Positions 25,301 through 39,967 are shown, numbered from the stretch's first letter. The stretch is 64,000 nucleotides of DNA from Antedon mediterranea (GCF_964355755.1 NC_092672.1:36524437-36588436), one strand, 5' to 3'. Program-made: numbers and translations. Notes: generated from the letters alone by a model not told the origin.

Positions 25301-28300
25301 TGATTTAAGTTAACCGGTCCTTTCACTTTAGGAAGTGGGGTTATGGTCGCCTCTTTCCACTTGCGCGGGACTATGCCTTGCGAGAGTGATGCGTTGTAGA
25401 TGTCAACTAACGGTGATGCAATTTCAAATGCGAATTCTTTGATGGCGCGAGGCGGTAGATCACCCGGGGCAACTGATTTGTTGCAGTTTATTTTCTGAAG
25501 CTGATGATACACCTGCCAGAAGTTGAGTGTCGGTGCATAGCCACAAGGAAGGTATGATGGTAGACTATTAGTTTGTAGGGGTTCAATCTTCTGGCATATA
25601 TTCGCTAGGTAGTTATTTATTAGTTCGCAAATTTTAAGCGGATCGGTTTCTTCAGTTTCTAGATTCAACACCGATTTCTTTTTATTCGTACCGCATATTT
25701 GGTTAACTTTTTGGAACCACTGCTTTGCGTTAGTGTTTTGCAGATTGTTAACTTCGTATTTGTAGTATTTAATCTTTGCTTGTTTGATTTCCCAAATTAC
25801 TTGGTTTCTAAGTGTACGGAAATTGCGGGACATTTTTCCATATTTATGAAAACTAATTTGTCTCTTCTTACAAAGTCCTTTTATTTTTGGTGTGATCCAT
25901 GGTTTGTCATTTGAATGAACTTTAATTCTGCGCTTTGGAAAACAACGTTCGTATGCCAGACATAATGTTGATTCGAAAATATTTACTTTTTCATCAAGGT
26001 CGTCGGTTTCCAGTATTTCATGCCAATCTTGTGATGTTATCCATTGACCAAATCTATTGCAAGCAGATTCGCTAAAAGGCCGGGGAGACTTAATAACATT
26101 GCGGCCCTTAATGCAGACGAATCCAGGTTTTGGTTTCCATAAAATCGAATTCAATCATTATGCAGAATGTAATGTATATCTTTAAAAGAGATGATATACA
26201 TTATTTAATACTTGATTAAAGGTCGTATAAAATATTGAATTCATGCTTGATATTACATTTCTTGAATAATTCATATTTACTACAGTATTTCTTCACACAA
26301 TTTTCTAGTGATTATAACTAAACTCTAGAGGGCAGATGACAATTTTTTATGTTCATCAAAGCAAATTCTCACTGTAAAGAATGTGTATTTCACAGTGAAA
26401 AATTAAATTATAAAATTTATTAATATTAGATTTTTTAAATAAATAATTTAATTTATTATACAGAAGTTCTCCTTTTGGACACCCCTATTTAGGGCCATAG
26501 CCAGCATGAGCACTACCTTGTCTTAGGGACACCCCTATTTAGGGCCATAGCCAGCATGAGCACTACCTTGCCTTAGGGACACCCCTATTTAGGGCCATAG
26601 CCAGCATGAGCACTACCTTGCCTTAGGGTACATTGGACACCCCTATTTAGGGCCATAGCCAGCGTGAGCACTACCTTGCCTTAGGGACACCCCTATTTAG
26701 AGCCATAGCCAGCATGAGCACTACCTTGCCTTAGGGTACATTGGACACCCCTATTTAGGGCCATATCCAGCATGAGCACTACCTTGCCTTAGGGACACCC
26801 CTATTTAGGGCCATAGCCAGCATGAGCACTACCTGGCCTTAGGGACACCCCTATTTAGAGCCATAGCCAGCGTGAGCACTACCTTGCCTTAGGGACACCC
26901 CTATTTAGGGCCATAGCCAGCATGAGCACTACCTTGCCTTAGGGACACCCCTATTTAGGGCCATAGCCAGCATGAGCACTACCTTGCCTTAGGGTACATT
27001 GGACACCCCTATTTAGGGCCATAGCCAGCGTGAGCACTACCTTGCCTTAGGGACACCCCTATTTAGAGCCATAGCCAGCATGAGCACTACCTTGCCTTAG
27101 GGTACATTGGACACCCCTATTTAGGGCCATATCCAGCATGAGCACTACCTTGCCTTAGGGACACCCCTATTTAGGGCCATAGCCAGCATGAGCACTACCT
27201 GGCCTTAGGGACACCCCTATTTAGAGCCATAGCCAGCGTGAGCACTACCTTGCCTTAGGGACACCCCTATTTAGGGCCATAGCCAGCATGAGCACTACCT
27301 TGCCTTTTGGACACCCCTATTTAGGGCCATAGCCAGCATGAGCACTACCTGGCCTTAGGGTACATTGGACACCCCTATTTAGGGCCATAGCCAGCATGAG
27401 CACTACCTTGCCTTTTGGACACCCCTATTTAGGGCCATAGCCAGCATGAGCACTACCTTGCCTTAGGGTACATTGGACACCCCTATTTAGGGCCATAGCC
27501 AGCATGAGCACTACCTTGCCTTTTGGACACCCCTATTTAGGGCCATAGCCAGCATGAGCACTACCTGGCCTTAGGGTACATTTTCCTGTTGAAAATGAAA
27601 TAGTCCAACCCCTATTAAGAAGACACTGTTTTGGATCCCTACCTTTTGTATGTATTATATTAATGTTGATATCGTTTTCTTAGGGAATCTGTGTGGACAC
27701 ATATTAAGAACACAGCAGCCAAGAAGACTCTACTCCTTGGCAGAATTAAAATGTAAGTTTAAAGCTATGTCTACACTATCAAACTTTATGTGACCAAAAA
27801 ATGGGAGCATATCACTACCCTATTTGGGAACATCACACTTATTTTGTCAAACTAGTTTGATAGTATAAACATAGCTTAATGATTGTACTTCTAGGACGTT
27901 AGGGCGTAATCACAATGCAAGTAAATTGACCAATTACAAGCGGTGGTTCGCATGATCCTTAAGATTACATTTGTTGCACATATTTTCTTGCGTTGCGTCC
28001 TCTCATAGTAACTACTTAATATTCTGTCATTCAGATTAAGGCTTGATTTTAAGTAATTTGTCAAGTTAAGTTGTTTTAATTTAACCCCAACATGAGCCAC
28101 TTAAACATATCTCTTGTCACTGCTTATAGAGTTGTTATTTTTCCATAACCTTTTAATTGGTTGTCTCTTACGTTTGAAATTTTCATTTAGTTCTAGCAAA
28201 CATACTTGTCAACTAATGCATTTTATTGTTAGCTAATAATGTTATTATTCTAACACTAATAATGATAAATAATATTGTATCAAGGTCATAACATAACTGT

Positions 28301-31300
28301 TAAAGTTTTATCAAGGTCATAACTAATTAAAGTAACTAATAATCAAATGGAGTGCATAAAAAACAACTATTTTAAAGTCAATTAGGTAATGAGAAGGGGA
28401 AAAGCAAAACATTGCTGCTGGCCCATCATGTTTTTTATTTCCTTTATTATGATACTGTTATTACTATGTAATTGTTCGTTTACAATAAACCATTGATTAG
28501 CGAAAGATATTTTTGTTTGCTCCCATTTGCCTTTGGTGAATTGAGATAAGAAATTATGAAGTGAAGGGGATGGTACGACTGTGTTGTCTGTCTGACACTT
28601 TACCATTCATATCAAGTCTAGATATGGTACTATTCATAATAAAAGTATAGAAATGCAATTTCATTATGTGAAAATACATTTAAATAAATGTTATTATATG
28701 GCAATAATATCTGTCTGTGTTGACATCAAATATTCCAAAATTCTGTTCATAATGTAAACTCCGTCTTGCATGACAATGACGAAGGTTTTTGTCTTGACTA
28801 CATTATTTTATTGTTAGATGCTTAGTGTAATTTTATTTATTTTAGTGCTATTTTTACAGGGTATGATGTCAATAATCTCAACCCAATGTATTTATACTGT
28901 ACAGTACATAATTATTAATTAATTAATTATTAATTATTAATTACTAATTAAATGGCAAGCACCAATCTGAACTCATGACTTCAAAGCTCTGTCTACACTA
29001 TCAAGCTAGTTTGACAAAAAAAGTGTGATGTGCCCAAATGTGGCAGTTATATGCCCAAATATGGTAGTGATATGACATCATCATGTCCATATATGGACAC
29101 ATCACATTGTTTTGTCACATAGAGTTTGATATTGTAGACAGAGCTTAATATTACTGTACATATGTAGATGCATATCATCAAAGCCATAGTTTGATAAAAG
29201 CATATTTTAAAAAATGCCAAGTCTCATCCTAAATAGATCATTTATATTCCTACTTAGGTTTTTTTTAATTCTAAAGTCATGGTTCGAGTCCTTTTTGAAG
29301 TCACAGATTTATTCTCATCCTATCATAATATAGAGATGATCATTATGCATGCTTGTTTTCATTGTGACATCATGCGAAACGCCTTAAGTTCAATTTAGCC
29401 TAAATAAATGATAATGCAGTACGCCTCTATGCATAATTTATTATTATAAAAATAAGTAATGCCAACAAAACAACTAAATTGAAAATATTAGTCCAGATGA
29501 GTATGTTTTGTAAAACTTTTCCCGAGGCTAAATAATTATTAAGAACAGAAAGGTAGATGTGAGAAGTAGGCTGCTGTGTGCTGAGCTATTATGTTCATTT
29601 TCATTACGTTCTTGTCCCCCGTAGTATATTTATATTTTGAGTAATTTATGTTTTGAAATCTTGCGCATTTCATTCTTTATTCCCAATCCCAAGGCTGTTA
29701 TTAATATCAAGTAGTGAATCGGATAACAACATTTCATTGCTTGTGATTTCTTTTGAGAATTATTATTCTATCTGTGTGCGGATTGCATCGAAATATAGAG
29801 TGTCGTCCGTCAATATCTATTTCTAAATGCTTATGGTAATTTAATTATTAAAACAGTATTCTGAGAAAGTTGTTTAAAATCGTAAAAAATGATTTTATGA
29901 ACTTTTATGGCTTAGACTGTATTGCTAGATATTTCTTTCAAGATTGTGTTTTTGTTTTATAATAATATTAAAATTCATTGAAGCTACACTTTTACAATGG
30001 CGGCACACATTCATACAGGTGTGTTCGTAGAATAAATATATTGAAAACAAACAGATACAAAAATAAAAATGTGTTTGTGTGCGATTTAAAAGCTTATTAC
30101 TATTAGCTTATTTCCATTGGGATCCTTGAAATTTGCTATAATACTTACCAAAAAGCAAATGTGATTGAAACAATACATTTAAATAAATAAATATGAATAA
30201 GTACATATATGAATAGGTAAATAGATGAATAAGTACATATGAATAAGTACATATATGGTTAAGTACATATATGGATAAGTACATATACGAATAAGTACAT
30301 ATATGAATAAGTAAATAGATGAATAAGTAAATAGATAATAAGTACATATATGGATAAGTACATATACGAATAAGTACATATATGAATAAGTAAATAGATG
30401 AATAAGTATTGTTTGTGCAGTGATATTTGTAGATCTAAATGGTAAATGTCTGAGATGTTCTAATGTGACCGATGTGATTTTAATTTGTATTTTATTACTC
30501 TGTAGAGTGACGTATGGTTATTGCTTGCATGCTATAATAAAGACATGAACTGCATGTTCATTAATAAATGTATCAGATGTTTAATTTAACCAATGTGATT
30601 TTAATCAATGATTTATTTGTCTCCAGGGCGACGCACAACTTATTTCAACTTGTTAATAGACACCAAAAACAATCAGGTTCAACGGACCTGACAGAAGAAC
30701 AGCTTTCAAAGGTAAGACTTACCACCTTACGAAGTGCATGTACAGATAAGTACATGTAAAAATAGGTACATGGACAAATAAGTACATTACAAATAAGAAT
30801 ATTTACAAGTAAGTGCATGTGCAAATAAGTACATATACGAATAAGTACACCTGCAAAAAAGTATGTGTACAAAAGTACATGTGCAAATAAATACATGTGA
30901 AAATAAGTACATGTGCAGATAAGTACAAGTGTGAATAAGTACTAATGACTACATGAGTGAATAAGTACATGTATGTGTGAATAAGTACATGGATGTGTAA
31001 ATAAGTACATGTATGTGTGAATAAGTACATGTATGTGTGAATAAGTACATGTACGAATAAGTTTGTGTATCTATTTGTTGTTAATTTTATGGCATTTTGG
31101 AGATATAATTGTAAAAAAATATCATGTTTACATCATCTACTTTGTTTACTTCATGTCATGTTCAATTTGACATCACGGAGACAAACTAGCACATACTTTA
31201 ATTAAGCACTACATCAACAGTTACACCGCTGCTGAAGACCATATAAGTTTATGTTTCTTCTCATTCAATCAAAGAAATCAGATTGTCTATTGCATTGTCG

Positions 31301-34300
31301 TTTTAAGACTCATAAAGCAATGCCGTTATTGACTGTTTATATTAGGTGTTCACATAAAATGTTTTGTTTTCTCACTTGTTCTTGCCGATGGCATTTTCAT
31401 CTTTGTATGTCATTTCGAATCGTACAATTTTGCATCTACTAAAGAAATCTCATGACATCTCTGAATAATGCTCGCTTATTATTTAGTTTTAAACTTCATA
31501 CTTGCATTATCTTTTACATCTTTAAGTGGCTATTTCTTCTTAATGAATGTTTTCACATTTTCTATATTACTGTATAAGCGTTTCATCTTTTATCTATTTA
31601 CTGCAGTAATTATTTTATTCTACTGTATCATTCTGTATATGAATGGTGTGATTTTGAGATTCTTATAAAATATTTGCAATATTGGCATTTATAAGGATAT
31701 TTTTTTAGGATAGGAAAGAGTGTATAGACAATGCAATCAAATTTTATGTAACTGTAATTTAGAAACTTTGTCACTCTATTTAATGCCTAGCCTACCTGGA
31801 TAAACCGACAATAGTCCATGCTCTCCAAAGGGAGGGCTTAGATACGAAAAGTAAATTGCCTAATTAAATGTGTAAAAACATAAGAGATAAGATATGCTGA
31901 GAAGACAATTTTTACAGTTATTTCAAATAATCGTAAATACTAAACCATACAAGTACAACTCAAGGTTGAAATGAAAATTTTTTTAATGAAAATAGTAACG
32001 AGTCCATAAAAAAAATGAACAAAATGTGTAAATGACGAGGTTAAGACAACTGACAGGCATACAAGGTTAAGACAACTGACAGGCACACAAGGTGAAGATG
32101 AGTATCATTTGGGACACTTTGACATTATGCTATTGTTATTACTTGTCTTGTTATTGTTTCTATCTTAATACGTAATAATAAAAAGGAATAATACATATAT
32201 ATTTATAAGAACAGAATTCATGACAGTTATAATAGTCTGATTCAAACCATAGTTAACGCACTTCCACAATCCAACCTGCATCAGCGTTGGTGCTAATTCA
32301 TGACAGTTATAATAGTCTGATTCAAACCATAGTTAACGCACTTCCACAATCCAACCTGCATCAGCGTTGGTGCTAATTCATGACAGTTATAATAGTCTGA
32401 TTCAAACCATAGTTAACGCACTTCCACAATCCAACCTGCATCAGCGTTGGTGCTAATTCATGACAGTTATAATAGTCTGATTCAAACCATAGTTAACGTA
32501 CTTCCACAATCCAACCTGCATCAGCGTTGGTGCTAATTCATGACAGTTATAATAGTCTGATTCAAACCATAGTTAACGCACTTCCACAATCCAACCTACA
32601 TCAGCATTGGTGCTAATTCATGACAGTTATAATAGTCTGATTCAAACCATAGTTAACGCACTTCACAATCCAACCTACATCAGCGTTGGTGCTAATTCAT
32701 GACAGTTATAATAGTCTGATTCAAACCCTGCATCAGCGTTGGTGCTAATTCATGACAGTTATAATAGTCTGATTCAAACCATAGTTAACGTACTTCCACA
32801 ATCCAACCTGCATCAGTGTTGGTGCTAATTCATGACAGTTATAATAGTCTGATTCAAACCATAGTTAACGCACTTCCACAATCCAACCTGCATCAGCGTT
32901 GGTGCTAATTCATGACAGTTATAATAGTCTGATTCAAACCATAGTTAACGCACTTCCACAAACCAACCTGCATCAGCGTTGGTGCTAATTCATGACAGTT
33001 ATAATAGTCTGATTCAAACCATAGTTAACGCACTTCCACAATCCAACCTGCATCAGCGTTGGTGCTAATTCATGACAGTTATAATAGTCTGATTCAAACC
33101 ATAGTTAACGTACTTCCACAATCCAACCTGCATCAGTGTTGGTGCTAATTCATGACAGTTATAATAGTCTGATTCAAACCATAGTTAACGCACTTCCACA
33201 ATCCAACCTGCATCAGCGTTGGTGCTAATTCATGACAGTTATAATAGTCTGATTCAAACCATAGTTAACGCACTTCCACAAACCAACCTGCATCAGCGTT
33301 GGTGCTAATTCATGACAGTTATAATAGTCTGATTCAAACCATAGTTAACGCACTTCCACAATCCAACCTGCATCAGCGTTGGTGCTAATTCATGACAGTT
33401 ATAATAGTCTGATTCAAACCATAGTTAACGTACTTCCACAATCCAACCTGCATCAGCGTTGGTGCTAATTCATGACAGTTATAATAGTCTGATTCAAACC
33501 ATAGTTAACGCACTTCCACAAACCAACCTGCATCAGCGTTGGTGCTAATTCATGACAGTTATAATAGTCTGATTCAAACCATAGTTAACGTACTTCCACA
33601 ATCCAACCTGCATCAGCGTTGGTGCTAATTCATGACAGTTATAATAGTCTGATTCAAACCATAGTTAACGCACTTCCACAAACCAACCTGCATCAGCGTT
33701 GGTGCTAATTCATGACAGTTATAAAAGTCTGATTCAAACCATAGTTAACGTACTTCCACAATCCAACCTGCATCAGTGTTGGTGCTAATTCATGACAGTT
33801 ATAATAGTCTGATTCAAACCATAGTTAACGCACTTCCACAATCCAACCTGCATCAGCGTTGGTGCTAATTCATGACAGTTATAATAGTCTGATTCAAACC
33901 ATAGTTAACGCACTTCCACAAACCAACCTGCATCAGCGTTGGTGCTAATTCATGACAGTTATAATAGTCTGATTCAAACCATAGTTAACGTACTTCCACA
34001 ATCCAACCTGCATCAGCGTTGGTGCTAATTCATGACAGTTATAATAGTCTGATTCAAACCATAGTTAACGCACTTCCACAAACCAACCTGCATTAGTGTT
34101 GGTGCTAATTCATGACAGTTATAATAGTCTGATTCAAACCATAGTTAACGTACTTCCACAATCCAACCTACATCAGCGTTGGTGCTAATTCATGACAGTT
34201 ATAATAGTCTGATTCAAACCATAGTTAACGTACTTCCACAATCCAACCTGCATCAGCGTTGGTGCTAATTCATGACAGTTATAATAGTCTGATTCAAACC

Positions 34301-37062
34301 ATAGTTAACGCACTTCCACAAACCAACCTGCATCAGCGTTGGTGCTAATTCATGACAGTTATAATAGTCTGATTCAAACCATAGTTAACGCACTTCCACA
34401 ATCCAACCTGCATCAGCGTTGGTGCTAATTCATGACAGTTATAATAGTCTGATTCAAACCATAGTTAACGCACTTCCACAAACCAACCTGCATCAGCGTT
34501 GGTGCTAATTCATGACAGTTATAATAGTCTGATTCAAACCATAGTTAACGCACTTCCACAAACCAACCTGCATCAGCGTTGGTGCTAATTCATGACAGTT
34601 ATAATAGTCTGATTCAAACCATAGTTAACGTACTTCCACAATCCAACCTGCATCAGTGTTGGTGCTAATTCATGACAGTTATAATAGTCTGATTCAAACC
34701 ATAGTTAACGCACTTCCACAATCCAACCTGCATCAGCGTTGGTGCTAATTCATGACAGTTATAATAGTCTGATTCAAACCATAGTTAACGCACTTCCACA
34801 AACCAACCTGCATCAGCGTTGGTGCTAATTCATGACAGTTATAATAGTCTGATTCAAACCATAGTTAACGCACTTCCACAATCCAACCTGCATCAGCGTT
34901 GGTGCTAATTCATGACAGTTATAATAGTCTGATTCAAACCATAGTTAACGTACTTCCACAATCCAACCTGCATCAGCGTTGGTGCTAATTCATGACAGTT
35001 ATAATAGTCTGATTCAAACCATAGTTAACGCACTTCCACAAACCAACCTGCATCAGCGTTGGTGCTAATTCATGACAGTTATAATAGTCTGATTCAAACC
35101 ATAGTTAACGTACTTCCACAATCCAACCTGCATCAGCGTTGGTGCTAATTCATGACAGTTATAATAGTCTGATTCAAACCATAGTTAACGCACTTCCACA
35201 AACAAACCTGCATCAGCGTTGGTGCTAATTCATGACAGTTATAATAGTCTGATTCAAACCATAGTTAACGTACTTCCACAATCCAACCTGCATCAGTGTT
35301 GGTGCTAATTCATGACAGTTATAATAGTCTGATTCAAACCATAGTTAACGCACTTCCACAATCCAACCTGCATCAGCGTTGGTGCTAATTCATGACAGTT
35401 ATAATAGTCTGATTCAAACCATAGTTAACGCACTTCCACAAACCAACCTGCATCAGCGTTGGTGCTAATTCATGACAGTTATAATAGTCTGATTCAAACC
35501 ATAGTTAACGCACTTCCACAATCCAACCTGCATCAGCGTTGGTGCTAATTCATGACAGTTATAATAGTCTGATTCAAACCATAGTTAACGTACTTCCACA
35601 ATCCAACCTGCATCAGCGTTGGTGCTAATTCATGACAGTTATAATAGTCTGATTCAAACCATAGTTAACGCACTTCCACAAACCAACCTGCATTAGCGTT
35701 GGTGCTAATTCATGACAGTTATAATAGTCTGATTCAAACCATAGTTAACGTACTTCCACAATCCAACCTGCATCAGCGTTGGTGCTAATTCATGACAGTT
35801 ATAATAGTCTGATTCAAACCATAGTTAACGTACTTCCACAATCCAACCTGCATCAGCGTTGGTGCTAATTCATGACAGTTATAATAGTCTGATTCAAACC
35901 ATAGTTAACGCACTTCCACAAACCAACCTGCATCAGCGTTGGTGCTAATTCATGACAGTTATAATAGTCTGATTCAAACCATAGTTAACGCACTTCCACA
36001 ATCCAACCTGCATCAGCGTTGGTGCTAATTCATGACAGTTATAATAGTCTGATTCAAACCATAGTTAACGCACTTCCACAAACCAACCTGCATCAGCGTT
36101 GGTGCTAATTCATGACAGTTATAATAGTCTGATTCAAACCATAGTTAACGCACTTCCACAATCCAACCTGCATCAGCGTTGGTGCTAATTCATGACAGTT
36201 ATAATAGTCTGATTCAAACCATAGTTAACGCACTTCCACAATCCAACCTGCATCAGCGTTGGTGCTAATTCATGACAGTTATAATAGTCTGATTCAAACC
36301 ATAGTTAACGTACTTCCACAATCCAACCTGCATCAGTGTTGGTGCTAATTCATGACAGTTATAATAGTCTGATTCAAACCATAGTTAACGCACTTCCACA
36401 ATCCAACCTGCATCAGCGTTGGTGCTAATTCATGACAGTTATAATAGTCTGATTCAAACCATAGTTAACGCACTTCCACAATCCAACCTGCATCAGCGTT
36501 GGTGCTAATTCATGACAGTTATAATAGTCTCATTCAAACCATAGTTAACGCACTTCCACAATCCAACCTGCATCAGCGTTGGTGCTAATTCATGACAGTT
36601 ATAATAGTCTGATTCAAACCATAGTTAACGCACTTCCACAAACCAACCTGCATCAGCGTTGGTGCTAATTAATATTGTAGGTTGATTTTGTGGAAGTTGC
36701 TTATATTGTTAATTTCCTGTCACATTTTTTATCTTTTTGTTTTGTATGATTTGTATATTAATGTACTATCCGAAATAAAGGAATTTAATGAATGAATATT
36801 ATTAAGTTTAATCAAGGAAGATTGAAATTACAATTTACCTTTTCCCTGATTTAATTAATTTAATTTATTAAACCCCAATACTTGGATTATAAAACGAGGC
36901 TTAACATGTGTCTTCTTGGTTAAGATTTAATCAGAAAAAAATGTTTACAAAATTAATTTTATTTTCTAGATTCAAACATTTATAATGGACTTGACCCAAA
37001 TAACGACTGAAATAAAACGAGGGGAGGCTATTGGAACATCAATAGGAGCCACTTCTTCATAG
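22352..37062 (+). CDS. CCDC42: Coiled-coil domain-containing protein 42 / CFAP73 family ciliary protein, about 311 aa
   Basis: Exons: 22352-22407 (MSVSLEEYFRTTFEDKLL), 22915-23020 (TPATRLLEKRREM), 23304-23408 (LKESLLKFDKFLK), 24373-24630, 24948-25111, 27684-27752 (WTHIKNTAAKKTLLLGRIKM), 30627-30711 (ATHNLFQLV) and 36970-37062. The sum is 936 nt. Intron 2 has a GC donor. Confidence 0.9.
23034..23195. repeat. 31-bp tandem repeat, about 5 copies
   Basis: Unit GTGAACCACTCTCACATGGTGCATATTCTAT. Confidence 0.9.
23519..24147 (-). mobile_element. 5'-truncated non-LTR retrotransposon 3' end with poly(A) tail, in CCDC42 intron 3
   Basis: The ORF includes KLQTAQNKTVRCILG..LNWLPV..H.YNTR..WNHLP..FKR, the typical L2/CR1-group ORF2 C-terminus. 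A poly-T run lies at 23519-23540. The element appears to interrupt a small DNA element ending GAGGTTCTACTGTA. Confidence 0.8.
25144..26154 (-). mobile_element. Internal fragment of LINE ORF2 (tether region and reverse transcriptase N-terminus), in CCDC42 intron 5
   Basis: A 336-aa open frame with KPWIT, K..GD.P, VP.KWK.A.I.P.PK, RPISITP and QFG.R.G.ST motifs, truncated at both ends. Confidence 0.88.
26477..27581. repeat. 50/58-bp minisatellite, about 21 copies, in CCDC42 intron 5
   Basis: The unit is GGACACCCCTATTTAGGGCCATAGCCAGCATGAGCACTACCTTGCCTTAG, with an optional GGTACATT insertion. Confidence 0.95.
28984..29146. mobile_element. Harbinger-like MITE, family A, full copy
   Basis: Reads AAGCTCTGTCTACACTATCAAGCT ... 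AGTTTGATATTGTAGACAGAGCTT. Confidence 0.8.
30180..31062. repeat. Degenerate AATAAGTACAT repeats flanking CCDC42 exon 7 on both sides
   Basis: Arrays at about 30180-30410 and 30740-31062. Confidence 0.85.
32215..36670. repeat. 80-bp satellite array, about 56 copies, in CCDC42 intron 7
   Basis: The unit is AATTCATGACAGTTATAATAGTCTGATTCAAACCATAGTTAACGCACTTCCACAATCCAACCTGCATCAGCGTTGGTGCT. Copies differ mainly at three positions and there are no spacers. Confidence 0.97.
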
Positions 37063-38279
37063 ACCATTTGCAGTAATCACTCTTCTTCACAGTTGTTAAT
37101 TCAATTAAATTATATATAGGAGATTGTACAGTGTTACCTCACAATGTAAATATTTATTTGAAAATATTTTTTTTCTTGTTGAAAGAGTAAAAATGTACTA
37201 AATGTTGAAAATTATGTGTCAATGTCTTTTATTTTTTATATTTTAATCATAATCAATAATAATAATAATAATTTAATCAATAATTTTAATATAATTTCAC
37301 TCTTCCCTGATTTTAATATATTTCATATATCATTTCAATACTAATTTAAAACATTCATTTACCATACATACATGTGCTAACATACTTACTGTATTTTAGA
37401 AATATACTACACAATAACCCATTACAGTGTATTCCATTGTTTGAAATATTTATATACTTTTCATAATTTTTTTTTGCTGGATCTATTCTCTTCTTTATTG
37501 TATCAAACAAAAAAACAATTTCAATACAAAAGGTAGCCAAGGTATAGCCGAAGCTAATCAAGCTTGGTACCTTTTATCTTAACTAACTTAAGCTACAAAA
37601 TTAACAAATAAATAACAGAACTTAAAAGAAAATAAAAATTTGATAACGTCAATAACAAAACAAAAAATGTTGAATAATAAATAAATAACATAACATAAAG
37701 TGCTGTATGTACTATACTGTATTAAACAAAACCATATCAGTTCAATAGATAATATCTGATGAATTAACAATATATAAAAACATTGTAAATTATAGATTAT
37801 TCTTTTATATACTTAGATAAAAGTAATTCTTTAAGTTGTTTAGAGAAAGCAAATCTAGATGTAATTGTTCGTAATTCTTGCGGTATTATATATGTTTAAT
37901 TAGCAAGCAAACAGAAATCGATGATAATTGTATACATGAAAACTATTTTAATGTGGTACAAATAGGTTTTAAATTTGCGTCTTTTTTTCTTTTATCTATT
38001 CGTGCCATCCATAAAAAAAAACGTACGAACTTATATAACACCATTAGTTGTGAATTTTTAACAAATTTCACAGTTACATTTCACATTTAAATTTCACATT
38101 TTGACGAATGAGTTAAAATATCGACAGATGTACGATAAACTTCCCTGTCATGTCGTGCTTTCATCACATTCTTTTCTCTTTTATTAATTTTCTTCGTGAT
38201 TAAAAACTTTAAAAACACATTTTTTTTCACAAAAATGTTTGTTTTCTATCATCAGCGAGAGTACCTGTGTAAGAAATAC

Positions 38280-38755
38280 ACATAATCAACAATAACCAAT
38301 ACAATAATCAATAATAACAATAATCAATACAATAATCAATAATAACAATAATCAATACAATAATCGATAATAACAATAATCGATACAATAATCAATAATA
38401 ACAATAATCAATAATAACAATAATCAATAATAACAATAATCAATAATAACAATAATCAATACACATAATCAATAATAACAATAATCAATACAATAATCAA
38501 TAATAACAATAATCAATACAATAATCAATAATAACAATAATCAATACAATAATCAATAATAACAATAATCAATACACATAATCAATAATAACAATAATCA
38601 ATACACATAATAATAACAATAATCAATACAATAATCAATAATAACAATAATCAATACAATAATCAATAATAACAATAATCAATACAATAATCAATAATAA
38701 CAATAATCAATACACATAATCAATAATAACAATAATCAATACACATAATCAACAA
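38280..38755. repeat. AAT/AAC-rich compound microsatellite (CAATAATAACAATAAT / CAATACAATAAT)
   Basis: Visible directly as tandem units. Confidence 0.95.
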
Positions 38756-39967
38756 TTATATGTGCTGCGTGCAATATTCTTCTATGTTTTAATAACTACT
38801 TTACAATTTCAATATGTAACTCTGCGCATGCTCGTAATGTTTCTGAGCGTGTGTAGAATGACTTTACGACTCGACATCTGCGTGGTCGCGTTGTGCATCG
38901 TGGAAGCGAAATGTCGCAACTATTATGTAATAAAAATTGTTGCTTTTAATAGAGAGTGATAGGGATTAAATGACGATAGTGATATGATGTGGGATTAGCC
39001 GATTTATCTTATATATCATATAGGGATTAGGAGTGTATTTTGTACATACTATTCGCAATTGAGAGATACACTTTGCAGGAGATTACGTTAATGAGTTGCT
39101 TCTAATCGTTTTCAGATTACAGAGCACTCGAAGAAATGGAAACATCATTACAACGACAGCAGGAAGAAATCAATTCCATTTCAAACATTACATTTTCTCT
39201 CAGTAAATTGTAGAAAAAATATGTAAAAACGCGTGAAAGTATAATTTAGAAAGTGTGATCTAAAGCTCTGTCTACACTATCAAACTAGTTTGACAAAAAA
39301 AGTGTAATGTGCCCAAATATGGTAGTGATATATGACATCATCGTGTCCATATACGGAAACATCACATTTTTTTGTTACATAAAGTTTAAGTGTAGACGGC
39401 TTTAAGCAATGTTTATGCTCTAAAAATCAAAATAGGTTACTTAGTTATTGCGATATAGGCCTACATATAAGCGTGAGATGATGGTAGGCCTACACTAAAG
39501 GCTTGTTCACACTATACCTAGGTGGGATTCACAGTTTAACACTGCGCAGCTGTTCGCGATTCGAGCGTTTGATTTTTCGCAGTTATATTTTGTTTTCATA
39601 GCATCATCGGCGGTTTACACTGCATTGTGCTCCTATACTTTGTTAGTAGAGGATACATTTTCGTCACTCGGACCTCAAATGTAATATGACGACTTCGCTG
39701 TACGCAAATGTGTCTATTTAGCTCTGTTGGGAATGAATATTTAACTATAGTACATGTTGAAGTGTACTTGAATGAAGATCCATTGCAGAGTAAATAATAG
39801 CGCACGTTCTTCGTGGCCCGCCATAGTTTCATCATCAGCAGACGATAACTAGGTCGGTAACACTCGGCTACTGTGTGTTGTATTTTGGTTAATGTGACAA
39901 TTTGCTTCATTTTGTGTTTTTCATTTTCGTATTAAAACTGTGGCTTGGGAGCGAATAAAGCTACTGT

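Noticed and set aside
32215-36670. 80-bp array as a CRISPR-like locus
   Set aside because: Units are contiguous with no unique spacers, there are no cas genes, and it lies in a eukaryotic intron.
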